The notes: generated by a model from the sequence alone, not told the origin. Numbered from the whole stretch's first letter, positions 1-12,685 are shown. The stretch: 63,199 bases of DNA, filler included, from Octopus bimaculoides (GCF_001194135.2; 6 parts of 5 records of this genome joined end to end with filler, not necessarily neighbours in it), one strand, 5' to 3'. Numbers and translations: made by a program.

Positions 1-59
1 ATATATATATATATATATATAATGTATGTATATATATATATATATATATATAATGTATG

Positions 60-96
<37 letters not shown>

Positions 97-151
97 ATAT
101 GTTAGCGTCTATTCTACCCATGTGTATTTTGTATACGTCCATGTGTAAAGT

Positions 152-430
152 GCATGGTCCAGTGGTTAGGATGTTGCACTCATGATCACTAGATCGTAGT
201 TCAATTCCTGGACCAGGCAAGCACGTTGCATTCTTAAGAAAAACGCTTCATTTCCCATTGCTCCACTCCACTCCACCCAGCTGTAAATGGCTGCACCCTG
301 CGACAGACTGGTCTTACAATCAGGGGGAGTGTTGGCCTGCTTGCCTTGCCAGTGGGGTGGTGTCACTCAAATGCTAAAACAATGTGAAGCGCATTGTGAC
401 CAGTGATGTATAACATCTGATAGCCTGGTT
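152..430 (+). mobile_element. tRNA-derived SINE (tRNA-like head plus CORE-like body), degenerate
   Basis: A-box-like catggtccagtggttagg and B-box-like gttcaattcc; the body matches the copy at 53075-53265. Confidence 0.7.
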
Positions 431-526
431 GATACTGAGATACCTGTCGGTCTGTCTAAAAAGTAAAAAAGTAATTAAAAAAAAAACTCCACGAACAAAA
501 GGAAACAATGTCTGAAAGTATTGTAG

Positions 527-573
527 AATTTATTGCAATTTTACTGTTCTTCATTTTGGTATAATTACCATTG
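527..573 (+). CDS. Candidate upstream exon of the Ctr copper transporter (IYCNFTVLHFGIITI)
   Basis: Strong GTAAGT donor at 574; phase 1 joins the 1569 exon in frame (G+CT=Ala); peptide aligns loosely with the pre-TM1 segment of CTR1. The acceptor (ttgtag, 526) is weak and the ATG at 508 is in a different frame. Confidence 0.35.
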
Positions 574-619
574 GTAAGTTAGTGTAAGAGATCTTTGAAA
601 ATAGAAGACAGTAATGTTA

Positions 620-1150
620 TTATCTTAATAAATCAGATTATTGGATTAGTTAAATAAGTCTTCATCAGAAGACTATGAACTACCAATTTTGGCACTTCTC
701 TGTCTATTTAAGTACATCCATTCTGATGGCGGTGATGGTTGAGAAACCATCGTATGTGTAGCACACAGACAACTTTGTCAACTGATGTGGAATCTTGAAT
801 GTTGGTTCGCAGCAGAGTTGAATTTTGCATGTTTGGCATTCACCATTGGAACTGTGGCTAGTCTGGTCATTTATTTTTTCACCCTTTTGATATCAATCCA
901 CCTAAGACCAGTTCTGGTTCTGTGATACAAGCTTCCTGTTTTAAAACGATCAAATTAAAACTTGTCAATAAAAATTTTGTGCCAATTCTGTCTTCAGGTT
1001 TGCAGGGTTGTGGTCAAAGCTTTGGAATCAGGGTTAATATAAGGTCTGAGACACAGGAATTGTTGCAGAAATGATTGAAGAGACAAAAGGAAGAGACAAG
1101 GGTTGTGTGAGTGGTTGCACTGTTTGTAAGTCAGAAAGGGCAAAACCGTT
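620..1150 (-). mobile_element. Possible highly decayed Penelope-like retroelement remnant
   Basis: Minus-strand CxxC-containing peptide fragments (ECQTCKIQ) followed by ctgatgaagac, typical of PLE 3' ends; many stops. Confidence 0.25.
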
Positions 1151-1246
1151 GGCTCAGCCAGTCTCCAACATTGGAAAGGTGATGAGACGGATGAACATGG
1201 CTGTGTCTTTTATCACACTGACATATACACATGCCATATGCATTAT

Positions 1247-1294
<48 letters not shown>

Positions 1295-1568
1295 CATATA
1301 GACAGATGTACTCACATCATGCATGTAAGTGTACACAGATGTAGACACCATACATAAAGACACACACACATACACACACCATACATATTATAAGCATACG
1401 CAGACATACACACACAATACATATAAACATATACAGACATACATACGCGCACCATACATATACCCACACCACAAACATGAATAGGAGCTAATAAAACTGT
1501 TTTTCGCTAGCCAGAGCAGAGAAGTGTTTAACAAGACATTTATATTTGCTGTTGTTTCTCTGTTTCAG

Positions 1569-1674
1569 CTTTGACATTCTCATGCATAATCATTGGAGTG
1601 TTAGCTTTGCTCCATCAAGGAATCAAATTCTTGCTCATATACACAGAAGCTGAAGATATTCATAAACAATTGAC
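1569..1674 (+). CDS. SLC31A: Ctr/SLC31 copper transporter exon encoding TM1 (LTFSCIIIGVLALLHQGIKFLLIYTEAEDIHKQL)
   Basis: tgtttcag acceptor and GTAAGT donor at 1675; phase 2 joins the 2430 exon in frame; LALLHQGIK corresponds to LAMFYEGLK of CTR1. Confidence 0.85.
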
Positions 1675-1764
1675 GTAAGTTGTTTTTTTTCTCTCAATTT
1701 TTGCTTCCCTTGTTTTCATTTGCTTCTAGGGTTGATTGTACTGACTATTGTTTCCTCCCTCACC

Positions 1765-2060
1765 ATACAAACATATCTTGGAGAACACAACTCATTGAGA
1801 AACAGCTGTACAGACATCTCCTGCCTGTTTCTACTGTTGCAAAGGAAAGGTGTTTGCAATTTGCAAGACATTACTGGTGAGCTAAACAAGGGTTGGCAAG
1901 TGACCTGCTGCCACGGATGCCAAAGCATGGCTGTACTTGAGTAGGCTGACCAAACACAAAGTATATAGATCAGTTTGCCAGAGATACTGGATGCCTCCCT
2001 GAACACCTCTCTCAGCTAATACAGGACTGAGATGGATGGGCATGTGTGGATTAAAAATAT
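1765..2060 (+). mobile_element. RTE/RTE-X LINE 3' fragment in the Ctr intron
   Basis: Translates to NISWRTQLIEKQLYRHLLPVS..ERCLQFARHYW and YIDQFARDTGCLPEHL..DGW, typical of the RTE ORF2 C-terminus, with stops. Confidence 0.75.
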
Positions 2061-2429
2061 CTGAGCAAGTCCAGCCAGATGATTGTGGTGACCCCCACCC
2101 ACTTCAAAATTGCTGGCTCTGTGCCTAAACCAGAAACCATTCTTTTATTTGTCAGAATCCTTCCATTGCTAATAAGGAGCTTACGAATGAGAAACCGTTT
2201 CTACTTCGGGCCTTGTTTTTCTATCTGAGGAGACAAACAGACCTGGAATAGAGAGGTCATGTCTTTGATGAGGTCATGATTGGCAAGGGAGGGACACAGA
2301 TGCACCTGGCTGATTAATTGATTGATTGAACCATTAATCAAACAATTTGTTATTTGTATGATTTTCATAAAAAATAATATATGGAGCATTGATAAATGTC
2401 TTGATTATTATTTTGTTTCTTTATTGCAG

Positions 2430-2823
2430 GGAAGGTGGTCGAAGCAGAATTTTCACGAAGCGTCGAATATTACAGACTTTACTTCACATGATCAAAGTAG
2501 CAAATGGCTACATACTCATGCTTGTTGTTATGACTTTTAACACATGGATATTTGTGACAGTCGTCTGTGGTTTGACTGTCGGTTACTTCTGCTATGGTTG
2601 GTCTATACAGGACAATTCTTCACATAGACCTATCTCCAAGACAAAATCAAAGTCTAAAAGCAAAAACAGAGCCAATGCCAAAACAAACAAAGACAGAGGT
2701 CAGACAAATGGCCAAACGAACAACCCACCGCATCTGCTGAGCCGAAATGTCTTGTATCCTGGCGAACACATTAGTCATTTTATAACACTTCTAGATCAAG
2801 ATTTAGATGTTACAGAAGTTTAA
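2430..2823 (+). CDS. SLC31A: Ctr/SLC31 copper transporter terminal exon (TM2-TM3 plus a long C-tail)
   Basis: ttattgcag acceptor; LQTLLHMIKVANGYILMLVVMTFNTWIF contains the MxxxM pore motif; GLTVG is the TM3 GxxxG; stop TAA at 2821-2823. Confidence 0.92.
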
Positions 2824-3146
2824 CAAATAAAGAGATCGTTTTTTTAATGTTTTTTTCTAATTAATGTTTTGGTTTGATAATTTGATGTTTTGTATAGAAA
2901 TGTTGGAAGTTAATTTTTGCAGGAAACACCATACAAATGGTCACTTGTGATTTCAACTGGATTATTCTAAGTGGATGAGACAAATCTTTAATTAGATACA
3001 TCGTCATCATTGTCATATCATCATCAGCATTATTATCCTCTTCCTCCTCCTCTAAAGGACATGCTCAACTGGTTAAGGTCAAACAACTGACAAGCAAATC
3101 TGTGGTATTGAGCAGAATATTTGCTGTAGCCCATCTTTTATACTCC

Positions 3147-3290
3147 AATTCCGCCGAGGTCAACTTTGCTTTTCATCCTTTTGGAACCGATAAATTAAAT
3201 ACCAGTGAAACACTGGGGTCGATGTAATCGACTAGGCCCCTCCCCACGAAATTTCGGACTTTGTGCCTTTAGTAGAAGGGATTATTATTA
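3147..3290 (+). mobile_element. SINE family A copy (dominant octopus-type SINE with central gccgaggtcgactttgcctttcatcc domain)
   Basis: Near-identity to the copies at 6578, 9750 and 40015. Confidence 0.85.
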
Positions 3291-4149
3291 CCTCCGCCTT
3301 CACAAAGGCGTTGGTATTGTTTTNNNNNNNNNNNNNNNNNNNNNNNNNNNNNNNNNNNNNNNNNNNNNNNNNNNNNNNNNNNNNNNNNNNNNNNNNNNNN
3401 NNNNNNNNNNNNNNNNNNNNNNNNNNNNNNNNNNNNNNNNNNNNNNNNNNNNNNNNNNNNNNNNNNNNNNNNNNNNNNNNNNNNNNNNNNNNNNNNNNNN
3501 NNNNNNNNNNNNNNNNNNNNNNNNNNNNNNNNNNNNNNNNNNNNNNNNNNNNNNNNNNNNNNNNNNNNNNNNNNNNNNNNNNNNNNNNNNNNNNNNNNNN
3601 NNNNNNNNNNNNNNNNNNNNNNNNNNNNNNNNNNNNNNNNNNNNNNNNNNNNNNNNNNNNNNNNNNNNNNNNNNNNNNNNNNNNNNNNNNNNNNNNNNNN
3701 NNNNNNNNNNNNNNNNNNNNNNNNNNNNNNNNNNNNNNNNNNNNNNNNNNNNNNNNNNNNNNNNNNNNNNNNNNNNNNNNNNNNNNNNNNNNNNNNNNNN
3801 NNNNNNNNNNNNNNNNNNNNNNNNNNNNNNNNNNNNNNNNNNNNNNNNNNNNNNNNNNNNNNNNNNNNNNNNNNNNNNNNNNNNNNNNNNNNNNNNNNNN
3901 NNNNNNNNNNNNNNNNNNNNNNNNNNNNNNNNNNNNNNNNNNNNNNNNNNNNNNNNNNNNNNNNNNNNNNNNNNNNNNNNNNNNNNNNNNNGATTATTCA
4001 TTTTGACGATGCTTTCAACTTAAGAATTCTTCTGGAAATATATCAAGCATTGATGGCAGTTATGTGGACGTTTGTTGTTATAAATCAGTCGTTTTCTGTG
4101 ACTACTACCTTGGCTCCACACACACACACACACACACACACATTGGCTT

Positions 4150-4320
4150 AAAATTTTGGCACAAGACCAGCAATTTCGAGGGCGGGGGTGAGTCAGTAAT
4201 CAACTGCTGCTTATTTCATTGATTTTGAAGGGATGAAAGGCAGTCGACCATGACATGATTTGAACTCAAAACCTAAAATTGGGAAAAATGCTGCACTAAT
4301 GATTTGGTCAGCTTGCTGCC
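4150..4320 (-). mobile_element. SINE family A copy, degenerate
   Basis: Reverse complement of the family A core and tail (aaattttggcacaag...gatgaaaggcagtcgacc). Confidence 0.75.
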
Positions 4321-4321
4321 T

Positions 4322-4358
<37 letters not shown>

Positions 4359-4359
4359 T

Positions 4360-4525
4360 AGAAACGGTATGGGCAAATAATCAAAAACTTCGCTTCACAT
4401 CACGAGGTCCTGGATTCGACCCAATTATCTGATATCTTGGGTGAATGTCATTTTCTATAACTTCGAGTCGACTAAATACCTTGTAAGTGAAACTGAGTGA
4501 ATGGAAACTGTAAAGAAGCCCATCG
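4360..4525 (+). mobile_element. SINE family B (CORE-type) copy, degenerate
   Basis: cttgggtgaatgtcattttctataac...ggaaactgtaaagaagccc resembles the 13735 copy. Confidence 0.6.
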
Positions 4526-6283
4526 GCTGGTTTGTACTTGTAAGTCAAAGATGAGTAAAATCTTGTTACTCTCTGTCACGTTGATTCTGCCCGAGAAGTA
4601 TTTTAAGGGTACGCATTTTTGTGGAATACTCAACCTCTTAGGGACAGATGAATCAGTTGATCAAGTAATTGAGTTCACAGCGTTAAATAACGGAGATCCA
4701 CACACACTCGTCTGTCTGTCTGTCCGCCTGTTCAGCTCAGGCTGTTTGTCGATTTCATAAGTAATAAAGCAAAATAAGAGTATCAGAGATACTCTGCTCC
4801 ACACACAAAATGCAGGAGATTACTCTGAGTTTTTGCAATCTCTTCCATTGGCGATGCCTAAAGCCATCGCAATAACCTTTCCTGAGCATGTCTATACTCT
4901 AATAGAAATGTCTAATCTACATAGCAGGCCACAGGTTTCGGGAGAAGTGTGATAGGGTTCTCTATTTAGAAATATATTATCGATTCTGACGGACAGAGGA
5001 AACATAGAATGTCAACCCTTGACGGTTTTGAAAAGAACACAGAGGGACGTAACTAAATAACGAAGAGATTGAATTCCATGATCTTTGTTTACTCCTTATC
5101 AACCCGGCATTGACTGATTAATAATAAGAAATTCTAATATCAATCTAATTAAAAAAAAATTTTCAAGCATCAGTAATGAATAACTTTTGATATTATATGA
5201 GAGAAGGGGAGAGAGGGAGGTGGAGAGAGATTTGGCGGTGTCATAGTTTCTGCTGTTATCGACAACTCATTTTAATAAAACTTAGAAATCTGTCATTCAA
5301 ATCGACAAAATAGCTATCCAAGGGCAATTACTCTTGCATTAAAGAAATTGTCTTCGGAAGAGTTATGTCTCTTACTTAAAATTTCGTTATTGCTAATGAG
5401 ATTATCTCCCTTCGATATATCGACTTGTTTTTCGCCCGACCTCTTAGAGCTGATCATCCCGTTTGTTCTGGAATATTCTCTTTAGACTTAGATTCTACAA
5501 TAAGTGACAAACGATTGCATAGAGCTAAATGCAAATCTAATCCGTTCAGAATTCCCACAAATACAAAAAAAGAAACATCGTAAGTTCATTATCATCACTG
5601 AGCACCGACCCCGGTTATGGTCGACAGAACAGAAACTTAATCTTATCAGTTTTACCGCCAGACAGGAACATACCAAATAGCAATCCTAGGTTGTTACACT
5701 GCAATATGTACATCTAATTATTGCCTGTCGTAATGTAATAGTCTAGGCTTCAGGCAAATGGAAAATATGGTCAGATCTGTTAAACTGTAGGTTGCACCTT
5801 ATCATTCGACCGACTACTTCCATGCCATAAGTTTATTTGATCAAGGCTGACTGGGGCAACACAACAACGACAACAACCCGGAGTCGTTTTAATAGTATTA
5901 TAGGCCCTCTAACAGAGCATTGAACCGAGGCCTCACGCGACCACAGCATACTTAGAATAACATTGAGCCACAAGAATCGTTAGTGTCAACCCTTTTGTTA
6001 CTATATTTCTGTTGAAATATTCTTGCCGTTGTTTCAATTAATTTTTTAGATAATGAATAATTTAGTAAAATAATTCTATCATTACTAAGCTGGTAGAGAT
6101 TGTTTGCCAACATAACATGACAGTCCTGGTTTTGGACGAATGCTGCTGTAATTTAGCCCCAGGAGACATCGTCTCCAGCTGGCTAAACGACACGATCTAA
6201 ATTACAGCAACATTCGTCCTAAACCAGGACTGCAATGTTATGTCGGCAAACAATCTTCACTACAACTTTCTTTTAACATTGAT

Positions 6284-6434
6284 TTCAAATTTTGGCACAA
6301 GGCCAGCAGTGGGTAAGTCGGTTACATCGACTCCAGTGCTCAGCTGGTATTTGTTTTATCAACCCCGAAACGGATGAAAAGCAAAGTCGACCTCGGCTGA
6401 ATTTGGATTCAGAATGTCAAGACAGACGAAATGC
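6284..6434 (-). mobile_element. SINE family A copy truncated by a gap
   Basis: Reverse complement of the family A core. Confidence 0.85.
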
Positions 6435-6577
6435 NNNNNNNNNNNNNNNNNNNNNNNNNNNNNNNNNNNNNNNNNNNNNNNNNNNNNNNNNNNNGCCACT
6501 AAGACCTTTGTCCGGTGCAGTAACGACCCTGCCAGCCCATTGCCTGGAATGTTCTTTTAATATTAAAATGCTGAATA

Positions 6578-6998
6578 AGGCGGCGAGCGGGCAGAAACGT
6601 TAGGACGCCGGGCGAAATGCTTTTGTTTGTCTTGACGTTCTGCGTTCAAATTCCACCGAGGTCGACTTTGCCTTTCATCCTGTCGGGGTCGATCAATTAA
6701 GTACCAGTTGCGTACTGGGGTCGATCTAATCGACTGGCCCCCTCCCCCAAAATTTCGGGCCTTGTGCCTAGAGTAGAAAAGAACATTAAAATGTTGAGTA
6801 CAGCGGCGAGCTGGCAGAATCGTTAGCATACCAGCATTTCGTCTGTCTGTACGTTCTGAATCCAAACTCAGCGGAGGTCGACTTGGCCTTTCAGGGTCAA
6901 TAAAATACATACCTGTTGAAAACTGGAGGTCGATGTAATCGAGTTACCCCTGTCCCCCCGAATCTGCTGGTGTTGTACCAGAATTTGAAGCCAATATT
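6578..6998 (+). mobile_element. Two head-to-tail SINE family A copies (6578-6790, 6800-6998)
   Basis: Both have the ggcggcgagctggcagaa head, the gttc..aaattc B-box and the core domain. Confidence 0.9.
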
Positions 6999-7859
6999 AA
7001 AGTGTTGAGTATCACAGTTGATATCCAATTGACTTTATCCCCATCCAACCAAATCTTTCGATTCTGTTTGTCAGAAACCAATACAAGCGTATAAGAGATC
7101 TTAATTTAAATTATTCTATGTCATTTAATTAATGAAACCGGATCATTTGTCTGTTTCTGAAGATAAACAACTTTACTGCAGTCTCCAATTGTGCCGTTCC
7201 AGAAATATTTGCTAGAAACAAGAGCCAAATTTCCCCCTAAATCTCACAATGTCGTCCTAGATATAGACACACATTTTTTTTCTCAGGCATTATCACTACT
7301 TTAATGTCAAGCTGCACGAATTGATCCAAGTAAAATAGGAAGTTGTGACCGTCATGCCTTTTTACACACAAATAGTTATGTAAACAAAAGAAAATAGCTT
7401 AACTGGAACTCGAAACTGCATCGCCGTTTGAAAGTGTTGAAAATCACACCTTGCCGTGTGATGGCATTGGAAATGTAGATGGCCAGAATACTTAAAATAT
7501 AATTAGTTTATTTTTTGTTCCAGTTTCAGATTCCTCTGGAGTCGATAAAATAAATACCAGTAATACACTAAGGCCAATCTAGTGAACTTCACATTTATGT
7601 TTTTCTTCTTTTTACTTGCGTTTTATGAAAAAGAATTGTGACTGAGTTTGAGGCTATGATTGAAGCTGGCTGATAACTTTAACTGAATGTCTTAATACCA
7701 TGTATATGACGACTATCAGAGTTGGCCCTAAGGATGAGTCCTTTCCCCGTTTTATATTTATCCTTAATCAGAACAAGAACAAGCTACTGGCTCTATCACC
7801 ACAGTAGAATATGGAATAAACCAATATTAAATACATTTGTATTTGAAATAAGTAAATAA

Positions 7860-8185
7860 GTAAATCGTGGCACTCCGTCGGTTACGACGACGAGGGTTCC
7901 AGTTGATCCGATCAACGGAACAGCCTGCTTGTGAAATTAACGTGCAAGTGGCTGAGCACTCCACAGACACAGGGGGAGATTCAGCATGACACAGAGTGTG
8001 ACAAGGCTGGCCCCTTAGAAATACAGGTACAGCAGAAACAGGAAGAAAGAGTGAGAGAAAGTTGCGGTGAAAGAGCACAGCAGGGTTCGCCACCACCCCC
8101 TGCTGGAACCTCGTGGAGCTTTAGGTGTTTTCGCTCAATAAACACTCACAACGCCCGGTCTGGGAATCGAAACCGCGATCCTATG
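7860..8185 (-). mobile_element. SINE fragments: a repeat 3' segment (7860-8030) plus a family C' copy (8050-8185)
   Basis: 8050-8185 is nearly identical to 50748-50901 (cagggttcgccacc...gaatcgaaaccgcgatcct); the 7860-8030 assignment is from recalled similarity only. Confidence 0.7.
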
Positions 8186-8760
8186 ATCCTTTGTCGCTTA
8201 ACAGTGACAAAGCTGTCAGTAATGTTGCAAAACACAGACAGGCTGTGTATAGCTATTAATAATGAAAGCAGTTTTTGTAACGGTCTGACAAGGTTAAGGC
8301 CCTGCAATCTGTGTTTCGATGCCTGTTACTGATGATGCGAAAATACGTTGAAATCCCGTGATACAGTAGTCATACCACCAATGCTGATGAGATTCTTCTG
8401 CCGATATAATCTGTGCTTTTTTTGGCACTATTGGTCTCTACGAGATGATTTCTCAGCATCTCTAATGTAGTTCATGGTGTTTACACAACACATCCTATCT
8501 AAACTGGTTATACAAATTAATATATATATTTATGTGTGTGTGTGTGTGTGCGTGCGTGTGTGTGTGTGTGTGGTTGAAACTGTTTGAGTTACGGTACACC
8601 TGTGTCGCAAATGCTCATTGTGCAACCTCCATCCATGAGTCGGGGGTGAAGTGGGGGTTATTATTAACTAAGCAAGAAATCAATATGTTCAGTTCAATCG
8701 AGCTGGCAAGCGTTCTCTACAAGGCTGTAAGACTTCTCTAAACTGTGTGTGCGCGTGCGC

Positions 8761-8805
<45 letters not shown>

Positions 8806-9749
8806 CATGTGCATGTGTGTATGTATGTATGCCGTCTCTTCTAACTTACAATTAGAGACAATCATGGAACCAAACAAATTAACAAATTAATTTAATTAAC
8901 TAAATTAAAATATAAATTAACGAAACAAATTAAATCAATAATAAAATCGATATTTTATTTGATTATTTTTGTGGTGGGCGCCGTAATAGGGAGAGAGTTG
9001 TCAGCAAGTTGAGTTTCACTCATCAGATTAAGTTCCTTGTTGAAGCTGTGTTAATGTGTTTGGGAGAGGCATGAATGTCTCCAGCCTACTTTTTTTTTCT
9101 ACTTGGAAAATGATAATGTAGTTAGTTAGGAGAAACCAATGTTATATTTGATTATAATATGTATCGTAGAGTAAGAGGTAAGCTCTCGATAAGCAGAGAC
9201 CGCAGTCCTGTTTCGATTCTTGACTGGAAACCTCTCACTTCCTTTGTGTGACAAAACTGAATTATCCGAGCTTCGGATAATTCGGTTTAATTTCCCTGTT
9301 AAATCTAATCTTTGTGCTTAAAACACAGAAAAAAGGAAACGCCATTTCACCTACATATCTCACACCGAGTTAGCGACTTAGCATTCTATTCACCGAAATC
9401 GACTTCACTAATCTAATCCGCCAGGGATTCGATCAGTGGTATTAACAGATAAAGACCAAATTTATATTTAGTACATTCCTTTGCTAGATGTGAAATGGCT
9501 TAGTGGCTTAGCAGTAGACAGCGAGTTCAAAACCATTGCGAGTAACCCCCTATTATTGTTATTGTCATTTAACCCTAGGTCAGACTTAACTGAACAGATT
9601 TACAATCAAAGGCGTTCCAACCATGTACATTCCGCTTGTTTGTTTGTTTTTCAAGTATAAGTTATATTTAAGATCACATTATCTGGTGGGTACCTTAGCG
9701 CTTTATTTTTCTTTCTAAGGGTATTAGAGAGACTGGAGGGAGACCTGGC

Positions 9750-9962
9750 TGGTGAGCGGGCAGAATCGCTAGGACGCTGGGCAAAATGATTAGCGGCATT
9801 TCGTCTGTCTTTACGTTCTGAGTTCAAATTCCGCCGAGGTCGACTTTGTCATTCATCCTTTCGGGTTTCATAAAATAAGTACCAGTCGAGCATTGGGATC
9901 GATCTAATAGACTTAACCGCACCCCCGAAGCTGCTGGCCATGTACCAAAGTTTGAAACCATT
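9750..9962 (+). mobile_element. SINE family A copy
   Basis: Head, B-box, core and tail all present. Confidence 0.9.
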
Positions 9963-10439
9963 ATTATAATTATTCATGAGATTAGATCTCGTGTTTAATA
10001 CTAAAAGCAAGACTATAGGAACCACTTGGCAATCACGTATACAANNNNNNNNNNNNNNNNNNNNNNNNNNNNNNNNNNNNNNNNNNNNNNNNNNNNNNNN
10101 NNNNNNNNNNNNNNNNNNNNNNNNNNNNNNNNNNNNNNNNNNNNNNNNNNNNNNNNNNNNNNNNNNNNNNNNNNNNNNNNNNNNNNNNNNNNNNNNNNNN
10201 NNNNNNNNNNNNNNNNNNNNNNNNNNNNNNNNNNNNNNNNNNNNNNNNNNNNNNNNNNNNNNNNNNNNNNNNNNNNNNNNNNNNNNNNNNNNNNNNNNNN
10301 NNNNNNNNNNNNNNNNNNNNNNNNNNNNNNNNNNNNNNNNCCCGACCCTTCACATAATTACGGCTGCCTATGTCAGAGGTCATCATAGCTATAACTGAAT
10401 CTCTATTTCTGAAACAAATTGGTCTTGTTTGGGAAGCGA

Positions 10440-10509
10440 GGGAGAGATGAAGAGAGAAGAGGGGAAAGAAAAAGAGAGAGAGTGTGTATAAATGATTGAG
10501 AGAGTCAGC

Positions 10510-10541
<32 letters not shown>

Positions 10542-10800
10542 CGGAGAGAAAGAGAGAGACAGAAAGAGAGAAAGAGAGAGAGAGAGAAAGAAAGAGAGAC
10601 AAAGGGACAGGCAGAGAAACAGAGAAAGAGAGAGGGAGAGACAGAGAGAAATACAGATAGACAGACAGAAAGAGAGGGAGAGAAAGAAAGAAAGAGAGAA
10701 ATAGACAGAGAAACAGAGAGGAAGATCAAGAGAGTCTATGTGTGTGTGTGTATGTGTGTGTGTGTGTGTGTGTGAGAGAGACAGAGAGAGAGAGACTGAT
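10440..10800. repeat. Degenerate (GA)n plus (GT)n compound microsatellite
   Basis: Direct inspection. Confidence 0.95.
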
Positions 10801-10987
10801 GTCGTGCAGCTCATTCATTTCTTGAGTCATGTAATGAAACTGAATCGGCCCCTGGGAGAAATCGAAACCAGATCGCTGACTGCATTCNNNNNNNNNNNNN
10901 NNNNNNNNNNNNNNNNNNNNNNNNNNNNNNNTTAATTAATTAANNNNNNNNNNNNNNNNNNNNNNNNNNNNNNNNNNNNNNNNNNNN

Positions 10988-11051
<64 letters not shown>

Positions 11052-11165
11052 GTCCTACGCAAAACACTTTCAATACAGTAACCATGAGAGCATCACAGCA
11101 AACCACAGCACATACCCAAGGCACACAGAGCTGCGCTCAGTAGTGAGGTAAAAAAGCGTTATAAA
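11052..11165 (+). mobile_element. R4/Dong-like RLE-LINE extreme 3' end, directly after (AAT)n
   Basis: cctacgcaaaacactttcaatacagtaacc...gagctgcgctc is nearly identical to 14785-14880, which follows an LLGTAHI RLE C-terminus. Confidence 0.75.
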
Positions 11166-11189
11166 AGGCATTGCACAGTATCCAATATC

Positions 11190-11465
11190 TTGATGTTGTT
11201 GATTGAAAATGTGTCTACCGGGGGTTTATACTGTCTGTCAAGTCACAACAAGGGCCTCAGACAGACAGTACTTTATGCAATATGCGTGCAGTTCCAAGTA
11301 GTGCCGATGTTTGCAATACACCTAGATAGTAGGGTGTTTTTAAAGCTTCCAGATGTTTCTTTATGTTGGCTGGTATTGAACCCAATGCTCCGAAGACAAT
11401 AGGGACAACCTTTTTGTCTGACTCTCGTAGGTGCCACATCTTGGCGATCTCAATTCTCAGATAGT
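11190..11465 (-). mobile_element. R4/Dong-like RLE-LINE 3' fragment
   Basis: LRIEIAKMWHL..VVPIVFGALGSIP..LQTSALLGTARILHKVLSV is the restriction-like endonuclease C-terminus. Confidence 0.88.
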
Positions 11466-12479
11466 GGCAGTAGCGTTAAAGTTTGTGTATGTTGGTACGT
11501 AGTTTTACGCTGAGAAATGAGAACAGATTTTGATCCCTCTCCATAAATGTTTGGCCTTATGCGAATCGGAGAAATCTTTTACGGCATTGCCGATAACCGA
11601 AATGATAATTAAAATGATGTTGCAGATTATCACGTTATTGTTATAATTGTTATTAAATGCTCGACTTAATTGAAATGCTTTTAATTTCGACCCTATTAAT
11701 ACTGAATTAATATCACAGCGAATCTACTTAGTCTTTCATTTCCTGAAGTATGCTCGAAATGATTTCACTAACTATGTCCCTTCCTTAAAAATGTGTAATC
11801 TACGAACCGACAGGGAGGCATTTTCAAACCACCTTCAATGCAAAACCCACCTTCATAAAATGGACGTATTGAATCGTCTGTGAAAGGAAAACAAAAGCAG
11901 TATAATTATGGTTGAATATACCTTTGATCATAGATGCGCTGAATTGATCTGGGACTTCACAAGAACAAAAGCTACATGTGTAAACTTCCTCCGAATATAA
12001 TAAATCATTATTAATCATTTTGCTATTAATTCTGTTTTTACGATGGGAGAGAAAACAATCTAATTGCGAAAATATAACAACTGGTCCTAAATGGATTATT
12101 ATCTTCCTGTTCATAGTTCGAATTCCACTGATACTAAATACAATAGTTCTTGTAGGTGTAACTCATTGAGCCAACCTATTATCAAAAGCGTACCAGGCAT
12201 GATCGATCCGTTCGTTTGATATGACTTTTTACCAATGTGATATCCAATCGTTGAGATGGTAGAGTATGATACGTAGGAGAGTTCACATCTAACCCAAGCA
12301 TATCAAATCACTGCGTAAAAGTTCTTTTAGTGTTTGGTAAGATATCTTAATTACTATCATTATCATTGTATTTCTTTTTTGTTACAGTGGTAATTGTTCT
12401 TTCTTTCTTTAAAGCGATGACCAGACACATCGTACTGATGTTCGACTTCAGAGGGTGAGCGGCACAATGAACAATATTT

Positions 12480-12514
12480 TTGTTGTTGTTTTTTGTTGTG
12501 GTTGTTGTTGTTGT

Positions 12515-12556
<42 letters not shown>

Positions 12557-12631
12557 CAGCAGCAGGCAGCAGCAGTAGTAGCAGCAGGTAGCAGCAATTG
12601 CAGCAGCAACAGCAGCAGCAACAGCAGCAGC

Positions 12632-12685
<54 letters not shown>

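Noticed and set aside
640-672. Minus-strand ctgatgaagac as a hammerhead
   Set aside because: No GAAA or helix III downstream
8328-8350. ctgatgatgcgaaa, plus similar CUGANGA hits near 9020 (minus), 32700 (minus) and 34777
   Set aside because: No stem II closing pair and/or no stem I/III complementarity
10932-10943. TTAATTAATTAA 12-mer embedded in N runs (also near 41111, 55876, 59107, 60812)
   Set aside because: Identical palindromic all-frame-stop linker between fixed N blocks; a scaffolding artefact, not biology
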